From Gemmatimonadaceae bacterium (GTDB lineage: Bacteria; Gemmatimonadota; Gemmatimonadetes; Gemmatimonadales; Gemmatimonadaceae), in the NCBI GenBank assembly GCA_045803545.1, contig JBJMOW010000006.1:96001-160000 (forward strand): a stretch of DNA of 64,000 nt, given 5' to 3'. Each line of letters begins with the position of its first letter. Positions within the stretch are counted from its first letter, which is position 1. The translations under genes were made by a program, and so were the position numbers. Of the stretch, positions 1 to 9,150 are shown in pieces. The notes under the pieces are model-generated. The model was not told the DNA's origin. It ran no database searches and saw only the letters and a list, made by a program, of their open reading frames with translations.

Positions 1-1
1 A

Positions 2-1495
2 ACCCGCGCCGCTGTTTTCATCCACGACGGACGAATCTCCCTCCGCTCCGTCATTGGCAAGTTCATCGTAACGTCCCTCACCCTCGCCAGCGGAATCCCG
101 CTCGGACGCGAAGGGCCGTCTGTCTATATGGGTGCCGGTCTCGCATCGAGCATCGGACGACGCCTGGGACTGAGCAGAAACCAGATCAGATGGCTGCTAC
201 CCGTCGGCGGAGCCGCAGCTCTCTCCGCGGCATTCAACACTCCGATCGCCGCGGTGTTGTTCACCCTGGAAGAAATCATGGGCGATCTGCACGCGCCCGT
301 ACTCGGCTCAGTAGTCATCGCATCCGCCACATCGTGGATGGTGTTGCACCTCGTCCTCGGCGACAATCCGCTCTTCGAGGTCGCGAGCTATCGACTCGTC
401 AGCCTCTACGAGCTGCTGATTTATGCGCTGCTCGGCATCATCGGCGGCTTCGTCGCTGTCGGCTTCGTGAAGATGCTCCTTTGGCTCCGATCGAAGTTTC
501 AAAAGTTGCCGGCGTCGACGCTTTGGCTGCAGCCCGTCGCCGGCGGACTCGTCGTCGGCATCTTCGGGTTTTTCGTTCCGCAGGTGATGGGCGTCGGCTA
601 CGAACACATCGAGCGCGTGTTGAACGGCGACATGATCATCAAGACGGTGCTGCTGCTCGCATTGCTCAAAATCATCGCTGTATCGGTTTCGTACGCCTCG
701 GGCAACGCCGGCGGAATCTTCGGGCCGAGTTTATTCATTGGCGCAATGGTTGGGGCGGGAGTCGGAGGATTGGCGCACCTCGCTTTTCCGGCATCGACAG
801 CCGGGCCTGGTGCATACGCATTGGTTGGAATGGGAGCCGCGTTTGCGGGTGTCGTGCGCGCGCCGCTGACATCGGTGATCATGATATTCGAGATAACGCG
901 CGATTACGCAATCATCGTCCCGCTGATGATCGCCAATCTGATTGCTTACTACATCTCTCACAGACTGCAGCGCGAGACAGTCTATGAAGCCCTGGCGCTG
1001 CAGGATGGATTGCATCTTCCTTCGGGCGCCTTCCGCGCAGTGAGCGGGTTGTGGGTGACGACTGCGCTGCGTGAAGCCCCGCAGCCGCTGACCGCGGAGA
1101 TGAAGGTCGATGAAGCGACCGCGCGGTTCGGCGACAGCGACCTCGAGTCGTGGCCAGTTGTCGACGACGACGGTCTGATCGGAATGGTGCGCGTGAACGA
1201 CGTGGTCGATGCCGCGACAGGAAATCAGCGGCCCGTAACCATCGCGACGATCATGAAACGCGCGCGCGCACTGATCAGAGATGGCAATGCCGAGATCCCG
1301 CACGTGCACAAAGACCAACCGCTTGGCCTTGCTCTCGCGCGCATGGGTGATACCGGACACAATGCGCTGCCCGTCGTCAGTCGCGGCAACATTCGCGAAA
1401 TGGTCGGGATCGTGACGCTCGTCGATGTACTCAATGCGTACGGTGTCGATACCAGGCGGCTGACGCCCGTGCGTGGCACGCGGGTGGTGGAATAA
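2..1495 (+). CDS. ClC-family chloride channel / H+/Cl- antiporter with C-terminal CBS domains (5'-truncated)
   Basis: Frame open from the window start; GREGP, AAFNTPIAAVLFTLEE and GGIFGP ClC motifs; CBS pair at the C-terminus. Confidence 0.93.
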   Translation, partial: TRAAVFIHDGRISLRSVIGKFIVTSLTLASGIPLGREGPSVYMGAGLASSIGRRLGLSRNQIRWLLPVGGAAALSAAFNTPIAAVLFTLEEIMGDLHAPVLGSVVIASATSWMVLHLVLGDNPLFEVASYRLVSLYELLIYALLGIIGGFVAVGFVKMLLWLRSKFQKLPASTLWLQPVAGGLVVGIFGFFVPQVMGVGYEHIERVLNGDMIIKTVLLLALLKIIAVSVSYASGNAGGIFGPSLFIGAMVGAGVGGLAHLAFPASTAGPGAYALVGMGAAFAGVVRAPLTSVIMIFEITRDYAIIVPLMIANLIAYYISHRLQRETVYEALALQDGLHLPSGAFRAVSGLWVTTALREAPQPLTAEMKVDEATARFGDSDLESWPVVDDDGLIGMVRVNDVVDAATGNQRPVTIATIMKRARALIRDGNAEIPHVHKDQPLGLALARMGDTGHNALPVVSRGNIREMVGIVTLVDVLNAYGVDTRRLTPVRGTRVVE

Positions 1496-2631
1496 TGACT
1501 GATCCCGCGCAGCAGCTGCCTGGTCCAACGCCGACAGCGAGCAACTCGGAGTTCTTGCTGACCTTTGCGGTGATTCTGGTGACGATCCTGCTCCTCCTCG
1601 GGTTCGACACCGGCCTGGCGCGCATCGACAAGCGCGCCAACTCCGCGAGCGCACTCAGCGAGTACAAGCAGGGCCAGGGACTTTTCGCCACTGGCCACGT
1701 CGACGACGCGATCGACCATTTCCGCGCCGCGGCCACTCTCGATCGCGATCACTCGGTTTACACTGTCGCTCTTGCCCAGGCTTTTCTCGCGCAAGGGCGA
1801 GCCTCGGTCGCTGAGCAGTTGCTGGGCCCTGTGCTCGAGCGCAACGTCTACGATGCACCGGCGAACCTTCAGCTCGCGCGCGTACTGGCGAAAGAAGGCA
1901 GACCCGACGAAGCAAAGTCATACTATCGCCGCGCGATCATTGGCACATGGCAAGGCCCGGACGCCGAGCGTAATCGAACCGCGAGCCGTTATGAGCTGAT
2001 CGATCTGCTGGCGCAGAGCGGTGACAAGCAGGACCTGTTGTCAGAGTTGTTGCCGTTGCAGGACGAAGCCCAGACCGACAGTGCCCGACGGAAAGTTGCG
2101 CACTTGTTCGTTGTCGCCGGCTCGCCGGAGCGTGCGAGCGACATGTATCGCACTATCCTGCGCCACAATCCCCGCGACGCCGAAGCTTATGTCGGTCTCG
2201 CCGATGCGACACTGGCGATGGGCAACTTCAACACCGCGCGCGATCACCTCGACGCCGCGCTCAAAGTCGCGCCGGATGACAGCGTGATCAAAAAGAGGCT
2301 GGCGCTCACCGACACTGTGATTGCGATGGATCCAGGCCAGCGCGGACTCGGCGTCGACGAGCAGCTCCGCCGCAGTAGAGCGTTGGTGCAGCGAACGATC
2401 GTAGCGGCGAGAAGATGTCTCGATGTTTCGTCGCCGGAGGTATCAGCGGCACTCGATTCGGTCACCCGTAGTTTGGTCGCATCGGCGGCAAACGTACCGC
2501 GCGCCCAGGCGATCGAGGAGAATCTCTCGATCGCCGGGACGATCTGGCGGATGCGCGGTACGCGCTGCGCTACGCGGGATCAGCCGGGAGAAGAGGCGTT
2601 ACGCCTGGTGCAGGAAAAGATCGGCCAGTAA
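1495..2631 (+). CDS. Membrane-anchored tetratricopeptide-repeat protein
   Basis: N-terminal TM helix and multiple TPR-like helices; start overlaps the ClC stop (TAATG). Confidence 0.8.
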   Translation: MTDPAQQLPGPTPTASNSEFLLTFAVILVTILLLLGFDTGLARIDKRANSASALSEYKQGQGLFATGHVDDAIDHFRAAATLDRDHSVYTVALAQAFLAQGRASVAEQLLGPVLERNVYDAPANLQLARVLAKEGRPDEAKSYYRRAIIGTWQGPDAERNRTASRYELIDLLAQSGDKQDLLSELLPLQDEAQTDSARRKVAHLFVVAGSPERASDMYRTILRHNPRDAEAYVGLADATLAMGNFNTARDHLDAALKVAPDDSVIKKRLALTDTVIAMDPGQRGLGVDEQLRRSRALVQRTIVAARRCLDVSSPEVSAALDSVTRSLVASAANVPRAQAIEENLSIAGTIWRMRGTRCATRDQPGEEALRLVQEKIGQ

Positions 2632-2638
2632 CGGCTGC

Positions 2639-4141
2639 TCACCGCTTGCCGCTCAGGTACGCATGATCGAATTGCAGATCCATAGCGGTATTGAGAACGC
2701 CTCCTTCGCCACCCCAGACGGGCGATATCGATGCTTGATCGATATTCGACGCACCGGATGTCCACTGAATCCCGGGTCGACTCGTAATGTGAGCCCCATT
2801 GAGGTACACATCGACCGAGCCGTCTGCATTGCCTGCGGTGTTGGTTTTAACTACCAACTCCAACAGATCCCATTGGCCACGGGTGAAGTGCGCCCCTGGT
2901 ACGAGATTCGGATGCCAGAACGATGACACTCCAAGATTCTGGATTCCCTGCAGTCCTACTGCACAAATCAACGGATCGCTACCGGCGCCGTAGCCAGCAA
3001 TGAAGAAGTAGTTCCCGTCATTGATGGAAAGGAAGAGGGTCTTGTTTACGATACTCGGATGGCCGACCCAGTTCGCTGAGAATTTTATCCAGACGGCGTA
3101 GTAGAGTGTGTTGACGACCGGGAAGTTCGTGGAGAGAAAGTCCCACGCCTGCCCTGGCGCGTAACCACCGGCCAGTCCAACCGGGTAATGGATGTCGAGA
3201 ATGCCTCCCGGCGACTGTGGCCCCGAGTTGTCGGCCACGATCGAGGCGTTGTTCTGCATGCGCCAGCCGTTCGAGGGCATCGACGAGAACGGTTGATCTG
3301 AGATGAAGGTCATACCAGCCGGTTCATTCTTCCGCCAAAGTCCTGATGGCGGCGGAGGTGGCGGTGGCGGCGGCGGCGGTGGTGGTGGTGGTGAACCTGA
3401 TGCCGTCGTGGTGGACGTAGCGACATTCGACAGCGGTCCGTAAACGGCGCCCTGGTTCATTGTGCCGCGAAATGCCACGAGTTGAAAATCGTATTTAGTC
3501 GACGGCGCTAGCCCGGCTACCGTGCAACTCAACGAAGCTCCAATCGCAGTTCCCGCTCTCGGAACGGTGCAGGTGCCCGACGCGACTGACGTTGCGGATC
3601 CCCAGCTGATTGGCGACGGCGAGTAGCGAATGTCGTAGCTCGCTGGCTGGCCTATGCCATCGTCAACCTGAGTGAACGAGAGTGTGGCGCTGACGCTATC
3701 CACGGCCGGCACCGTCAGGTTTCGAACCTGCGCCGGACTCACCGCCGCGGTAGCGAAGGTCGCGACGACGGTGATCGTTGCACTGCCGGATTTCAATCCT
3801 CGAGACGCGGTAATAACTGAGACACCCTCCGATACCCCTGTTACGAGACCGCTGCTATCGACAGTAGCAACGGCCGGGCTACTAGACGTCCAGGTTACTA
3901 CACGATCGAGTGTTTGGTTCCGATAATCCAGCAGCTTCGCTGCGGCACTTGTGGTATCGCCTACGGAAACCGTAGCGCGGGTGAGGGTTACGCTGATGCT
4001 CGCTATGCGACTGGGGTCGGCGGACAGGTCGTCTGAGCTCAGTCCGTTGGGTGCTGTCGAGTCGGAGCAGGAAAGAGTATTGAGCAACGCGAGGGCTATC
4101 GTCGCCCCCGAGGTGACAATGCGGTTCACGGTTATACCCAT
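2639..4141 (-). CDS. Secreted/lipoprotein with Ig-like (Big_2), FN3, poly-Pro linker and lyase/ConA-like beta-sandwich domains
   Basis: Signal peptide with Cys; VTWTSSSPAVATVDSSGLVT (Big_2); GLAPSTKYDFQLVA (FN3); poly-Pro linker; aromatic-rich C-terminal domain. Confidence 0.7.
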   Translation of the reverse strand: MGITVNRIVTSGATIALALLNTLSCSDSTAPNGLSSDDLSADPSRIASISVTLTRATVSVGDTTSAAAKLLDYRNQTLDRVVTWTSSSPAVATVDSSGLVTGVSEGVSVITASRGLKSGSATITVVATFATAAVSPAQVRNLTVPAVDSVSATLSFTQVDDGIGQPASYDIRYSPSPISWGSATSVASGTCTVPRAGTAIGASLSCTVAGLAPSTKYDFQLVAFRGTMNQGAVYGPLSNVATSTTTASGSPPPPPPPPPPPPPPPSGLWRKNEPAGMTFISDQPFSSMPSNGWRMQNNASIVADNSGPQSPGGILDIHYPVGLAGGYAPGQAWDFLSTNFPVVNTLYYAVWIKFSANWVGHPSIVNKTLFLSINDGNYFFIAGYGAGSDPLICAVGLQGIQNLGVSSFWHPNLVPGAHFTRGQWDLLELVVKTNTAGNADGSVDVYLNGAHITSRPGIQWTSGASNIDQASISPVWGGEGGVLNTAMDLQFDHAYLSGKR

Positions 4142-4458
4142 GAATCGCGCGACTGACTTCAGTTAGGTCGGCGCACCATCGACGGCGGGCCCGCGAGTAA
4201 TTACCGCGTACCATAGCCGAATACGGTTCACGACCAGCAACGCCGTTGAGACGGCGCGCATCTATATACGTCAGGCGAGACGTTCGAATCGCCATTGAAT
4301 TGAGCGTTGAGTTTTTCTGAAGCAGTCGCGCAGTGTTTCGCGCGCAAAGCCGCCCGACGCTCTTATCGTGCCAGCAAGCGTTGGGAAAAAAGATTACTGT
4401 GTAACGAAGGCCTTGAGTGCGCGGTCAAGCGCACAACGCTGAAGAATGTTTTTTCTGT

Positions 4459-7209
4459 TCAGGTTGTCTTCGGCGATTGCTGAGCCCACAGCTCGGCAAG
4501 ATTTTCGAGGATGCGCGCGAGATTCGGTTTCTCATCAATCACGGCCCTGACGGGATCCGTACCCAACTTCTCCAGTCGGTCGATTGCGTTCCTGATAGTG
4601 AAGTTCTTTGGGTCGAGAGTGGAATTCACCTCGGCCCAAACGAGCGGCATCGATACAGTCGCGCCGGGTAAGGGACGCACACTGTAAGGCGCGACGATGG
4701 TTTGGCCGTGCCGATTCTGGAGATAATCGAGATAAACCTTGTCGCCGCGCTTCGTGACGTGACGCGTGATTGTCGCGATGTCCGCACACTCTTTCAGGAC
4801 GAACCGCGCCAGGAGCTCACCCAACATCCGCGACTGCTCATAGGTGCATTGCCTTCCGAGCGGTAACATGATGTGGAGGCCGGTCTTGCCCGTTGTCTTC
4901 ACGTAGTTCGGCAGCGAAACCGAATCGCAGACGCGGTGGACGACTTCAGCACAGCGAATAACAGCCGAGAACGGTGCGTCCTTCGGATCGAGATCGATCA
5001 CGCACCAATCGGGCAGTTCGAGTGATCCGCACCTGCTCGCCCAGACGTGGATCGGAATCGATCCCATGTTGGCGAGGTAAAGCAAGGACTCTTCGTCGTC
5101 GCAGACAAAGAATTTGATCTCGCGCTGAGTGTCCTCGCTCCAGATTGGGGTGGTGCGAATCCATTCTGGCGCAAAAACGGGCGCGTCTTTCTGATAGAAT
5201 GATTTCCCGTCGATGCCATCGGGATAGCGAGTCAACACAACCGGTCGATTGATCAAATACGGCAGCAGCCACTTCGATACCGACCGGTAGTACTCGATCA
5301 AATCGCCTTTGGTGTACTTATCCGCCGGCCAGAAGACTTTGTTGAGATTGGAGAGCGCAATTTTCTTCTCGACTGGCGCTTTCGCTGGAGCTGGGGGTGG
5401 TTCGTGTGTCGCAGTCGCATCGACGTGCACCCGCTCACGAACGACTCGACCGGACGGCAGCTCGCCGCCGGCGACGCCCACTGTCGCATTCCCCTCCGGT
5501 TCCCCGTCCGCCTCCCGCCCCCTGCCTCCCGCCTCCCGCTTCATCCAACCCTGACGCTCGCACTCGTGCGCGCGCTTGTCGGTACGCATGCGCAGGAAAG
5601 CGGCGTGGCGCAGTAAACCGTCCGGCGTCACCTCACGGTACCGGACTTCGCAAACGTGAACCGCGTCGGTCCACACCGTGGTCTTTGTCTCCGGAATCTT
5701 TTCACTCGGCAGAGCGTCGCTCTCCGGCGAAAAGACAGGACCAGCACACAGCGGATCCTTACGAATAATCGGCTCGAGCAACCCATGCAGATCCTTGAGC
5801 AGGCTCTCGGTGAAACCAGTGCCGACTCTGCCGGCGTAAACCAGGGTGCCGTCTACCCAGTCAGCGAGCTGCAGTGCGCCGAGGTGGGCGCGACTGCCGC
5901 CGGGCTTCGTGAACCCGACAATGACGAAGTCGCCCGTTTTTTCCGTCTTGATCTTGATCCAGTCCCCTGCCCGTCCGCTTCGATACTTTGACGTCGCTTT
6001 CTTGGCGATGATTCCCTCGAGTCCCATCGTCTTCACCTGCGCGAGTACCGCTTCGCCCTCACGCTCGATGTGATCGAGATAGCGGACCGCGCCGAGGGCG
6101 GGCACCAGATCCTTGAGCAGCTCCTTGCGCCCAATTAGCGGCAAAGGGCGAACGTCGAAATCTTCGTACGCGATGAGATCGAAGGTGTAGAACGTCGCCG
6201 GTAATTCGACTGCGGCGCGGTTGATCTCCAGCGGGGAGGACAAGCGTCCGCGTTTTTGCAGACGCGAGAAACTGGGCAGGCCTTTGTCGTCGAGCACGAC
6301 TACTTCACCATCGATGATGCAATCGTCGCACGGCAGTGCTTTCACGGCTTTGGCGATCTCGGGAAAGACACTCGTGTAGTCGTTGCCGTTGCGCGTGAGC
6401 AGCAAAGCTTCACCGCGCGATTTGCTCGCGATCAGCCGATAACCATCGAGCTTGAGCTCGAACAGCCAGCCGTCGCGCGTGAATGCGTCATCCTGAGTCT
6501 CGCAGTGCATCGCCTCGACTTTGTATGGGTCGACTCGACCACGGACAGCCTTGTCTTCAGCGGCGAGAACCTTTCGCAATTGTGCGGCGGGATTGTCCCC
6601 GGCTTTGACTTCTTCGACGGTGAGTCCGGAAAGCACGGACTCTTCGTTGAAGACATCGCCCGGCGACGAGACGTACTGATCGCGCTCCTTGATCAGCAGC
6701 CATTCCTTGTCGCTCTTTTTGATTTTGACGAGAGTCCACTTGCCGTGGAGCTTGTAGCCCTTGAGCTCGAAGAGGAGCTTTCCTTTCTCGAGGCCCTCCC
6801 GCCAATCCTCGAGTGGCAGCCACTCGCCCCGATCCCAGACGATGACACCGCCGGCTCCGTAGTTCCCGGCCGGGATCACACCCTCGAAGTCGCCGTACTC
6901 CAGCGGATGGTCTTCGACTTTGACCGCGAGCCGCTTGTCGTTCATGTCGTACGATGGGCCTTTGGGAACAGCCCACGATCTCAGCACGCCATCCATCTCC
7001 AGGCGCAAATCGAAATGGAGCTGTCGCGCCGCGTGCTTGTGGATGACGAACAGGTTTCCAGGCGTCGCCGGCAACGCGCCGCCGAATGGCTCGGGGGTGC
7101 GGTCGGTCGACCGCTTCGCGCGGTACGCCGACAGGTTGTCCGCGCCGGCCAGACTGTTATCCGATGAAGATTCTTCCACGTCGTCCTGGTGCCGTTGTAC
7201 AAAGGACAA
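4459..7209 (-). CDS. ligD: DNA ligase D (phosphoesterase-ligase-polymerase), NHEJ
   Basis: HAARQLHFDLRLE (PE domain), ELKLDGYR (KxDG), DLDP and KTTGKTGLHI (POL domain); TTG start uncertain. Confidence 0.95.
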   Translation of the reverse strand: MSFVQRHQDDVEESSSDNSLAGADNLSAYRAKRSTDRTPEPFGGALPATPGNLFVIHKHAARQLHFDLRLEMDGVLRSWAVPKGPSYDMNDKRLAVKVEDHPLEYGDFEGVIPAGNYGAGGVIVWDRGEWLPLEDWREGLEKGKLLFELKGYKLHGKWTLVKIKKSDKEWLLIKERDQYVSSPGDVFNEESVLSGLTVEEVKAGDNPAAQLRKVLAAEDKAVRGRVDPYKVEAMHCETQDDAFTRDGWLFELKLDGYRLIASKSRGEALLLTRNGNDYTSVFPEIAKAVKALPCDDCIIDGEVVVLDDKGLPSFSRLQKRGRLSSPLEINRAAVELPATFYTFDLIAYEDFDVRPLPLIGRKELLKDLVPALGAVRYLDHIEREGEAVLAQVKTMGLEGIIAKKATSKYRSGRAGDWIKIKTEKTGDFVIVGFTKPGGSRAHLGALQLADWVDGTLVYAGRVGTGFTESLLKDLHGLLEPIIRKDPLCAGPVFSPESDALPSEKIPETKTTVWTDAVHVCEVRYREVTPDGLLRHAAFLRMRTDKRAHECERQGWMKREAGGRGREADGEPEGNATVGVAGGELPSGRVVRERVHVDATATHEPPPAPAKAPVEKKIALSNLNKVFWPADKYTKGDLIEYYRSVSKWLLPYLINRPVVLTRYPDGIDGKSFYQKDAPVFAPEWIRTTPIWSEDTQREIKFFVCDDEESLLYLANMGSIPIHVWASRCGSLELPDWCVIDLDPKDAPFSAVIRCAEVVHRVCDSVSLPNYVKTTGKTGLHIMLPLGRQCTYEQSRMLGELLARFVLKECADIATITRHVTKRGDKVYLDYLQNRHGQTIVAPYSVRPLPGATVSMPLVWAEVNSTLDPKNFTIRNAIDRLEKLGTDPVRAVIDEKPNLARILENLAELWAQQSPKTT

Positions 7210-7214
7210 AAGCG

Positions 7215-7392
7215 AACTACCGCGCTCGTAGCTGATGGCGGCTGGCTATTAGCTGATGGCTGCCTCCGACCGGACAGATCTCATCGCATAAAGGCGAACT
7301 GAACGCGTTTGCTCTGACTCTATCGCGATCTGTCCCGTCGCTTGCAGCGAATAGCTAATAGCCAGCTGCTATCAGCTAACAGCGCGGCAGTT
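7215..7392. repeat. Long imperfect inverted repeat (hairpin A), ~66-bp arms
   Basis: 7215-7280 is nearly the reverse complement of 7327-7392; arms show 7-nt periodicity. Confidence 0.9.
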
Positions 7393-7478
7393 ATCAGTTA
7401 AGTCCTCAGTCCGCAGTGTGACGCAAACCGAGGTTGACGGGTCACTATCTGGCAAACTCGCCAGACCGTGACCTCATG

Positions 7479-7505
7479 TGTCGATTGGCTCTTGCGTCGA
7501 TCGTC
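7479..7505 (+). promoter_or_regulatory. Putative ECF42-type promoter upstream of ku
   Basis: TGTCGA-N17-CGTC, same layout as the sites at 13848 and 20882. Confidence 0.6.
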
Positions 7506-7598
7506 GTCAAAGGTAAGCATACGGTACCCGAGTTTTCCACGTAAGAAATATTTGTGATGCGCCTCCCGGGCGCTCGCTCAACCTTTTCGGTCCCGACC

Positions 7599-8411
7599 AT
7601 GCCCGCACGCTCCATCGCCACCGCGACGATCTCCTTCGGATTGGTCTCAGTCCCGGTCAACATCTACTCATCGGCTGAATCCAAGGCGAGCGTGTCGTTC
7701 AACATGCTCCACAAGAAGTGCGGATCACGACTCAAGCAGCAGTACATCTGCACCAAGGACGGCGACACCGTTAGCAGAGACGACACCGTCAAAGGCTATG
7801 AATACTCGAAGGACAATTACGTCATCCTGACCCCGGAAGAGCTGAAGGCTCTCGAGGAAAAAGCGACCAGTGTCATCGACGTCGTCGAGTTCGTACCGCT
7901 GGCCAAGATCGACCGCGAGTATGTGGAGAAGGTCTACTACCTCGGTCCGGACAAGGGCGGCGACCGCGCGTATCGACTTCTATCCGAGGCGTTGAAGGAC
8001 ACCGGAAAAGCTGCACTCGGCCAGTACGCCGCACGTGGCCAGCAGCATCTGGTGCTGCTCCGTCCGCTCAACGGCGTGCTCGTGATGGAGCAGCTGCACT
8101 ACTCCGACGAAGTCCGTTCGACGTCGGAAGTCCCGGTTCCTGAAGGTGAGGTGAAGCCACAGGAGCTAAAGCTCGCCAAGCAGCTGATCGAGCAGACCTC
8201 CAACGAAGAGTTCGAGCCGAACAAGTACAAGGACACCGTCCGCGAGCGGGTGCTCGAAGCGATCCAGTCGAAGGTCGAAGGACAGGACATCACCGCTGAC
8301 GTAAAGGTCGGCGGCGAAGCAAAGATCATCGACCTGATGGAAGCGCTGAAGGCCAGTCTCGAGACCGGCAAGCCCAAGGAAAAGGAAAAGGCGGCGCGCA
8401 AGGCGTCGTGA
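7599..8411 (+). CDS. ku: Ku protein (NHEJ)
   Basis: ISFGLVSVPV, VKGYEY and C-terminal IIDLMEALKASL; divergent from ligD. Confidence 0.95.
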   Translation: MPARSIATATISFGLVSVPVNIYSSAESKASVSFNMLHKKCGSRLKQQYICTKDGDTVSRDDTVKGYEYSKDNYVILTPEELKALEEKATSVIDVVEFVPLAKIDREYVEKVYYLGPDKGGDRAYRLLSEALKDTGKAALGQYAARGQQHLVLLRPLNGVLVMEQLHYSDEVRSTSEVPVPEGEVKPQELKLAKQLIEQTSNEEFEPNKYKDTVRERVLEAIQSKVEGQDITADVKVGGEAKIIDLMEALKASLETGKPKEKEKAARKAS

Positions 8412-9115
8412 AGATCCTCGCCGGGACCAGCGGGTACGCCTTCAAGGAGTGGAAGGGCAACTTCTACCCGAAGGAAATGAAAGACGACGGGATGCTTGGC
8501 TTCTACGCCACCAGGTTTCCCGCGGTCGAGATCAACAACACCTTCTATAGACTGCCGCGTGAGAACGTGCTGCGCGACTGGGCGGCGCAGGTGCCCGAGA
8601 CGTTCACCTTCGCGCTCAAGGCAAGTCAGCGCATCACGCACCACGCGCGGCTCAAGGAAGAATCGGCGACGCTGGTCGATTTCCTTCTAAAGAACACCTC
8701 GACGCTCGGTAATCGACTGGGTCCGATTCTCTTTCAGCTGCCGCCCAATCTCAAGAAAGACGTCGATCGTTTTCGCGGATTTCTCGGACTCCTTCCGTCC
8801 GATCGCCGCTACGTCTTCGAATTCCGCCACGACAGCTGGTTCGACGACGACATCTATTCGGCGATGCGCGAGCGGGACATCGCGATGTGCATTTCGGAGC
8901 AGGACGATTTTCGCTGCCCCGTCGTATGCACGTCGACCTGGGGCTATCTCCGACTACATAAGCTCGATTACAACGAAGGCGAGCTAGTCGACTGGGCCAA
9001 ACGAGTCAGCTCACAGACCTGGAACGAGACCTACGTCTTCTTCAAGCACGACGAGACCGAGAACGGCGGAAGCGGCCCGCCAGCTGTTGCCACTTTCGTT
9101 CGGGCGTGCGGATAG
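8408..9115 (+). CDS. DUF72 family protein
   Basis: GTSGYAFKEWKGNFYP, VEINNTFYRLP, LFQLPP and FEFRHDSW; 4-nt overlap with ku. Confidence 0.92.
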   Translation: MKILAGTSGYAFKEWKGNFYPKEMKDDGMLGFYATRFPAVEINNTFYRLPRENVLRDWAAQVPETFTFALKASQRITHHARLKEESATLVDFLLKNTSTLGNRLGPILFQLPPNLKKDVDRFRGFLGLLPSDRRYVFEFRHDSWFDDDIYSAMRERDIAMCISEQDDFRCPVVCTSTWGYLRLHKLDYNEGELVDWAKRVSSQTWNETYVFFKHDETENGGSGPPAVATFVRACG

Positions 9116-9116
9116 G

Positions 9117-9148
9117 TTCCCGCTTCCCGCTTCCCGCTTCCCGCCTCT
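9117..9148. repeat. Heptamer tandem repeat (TTCCCGC)x4
   Basis: Read directly between convergent stop codons. Confidence 0.85.
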
Positions 9149-9150
9149 CG

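Noticed and set aside
3347..3393. GGC/GGT microsatellite as a separate element
   Set aside because: It simply encodes the poly-Pro linker
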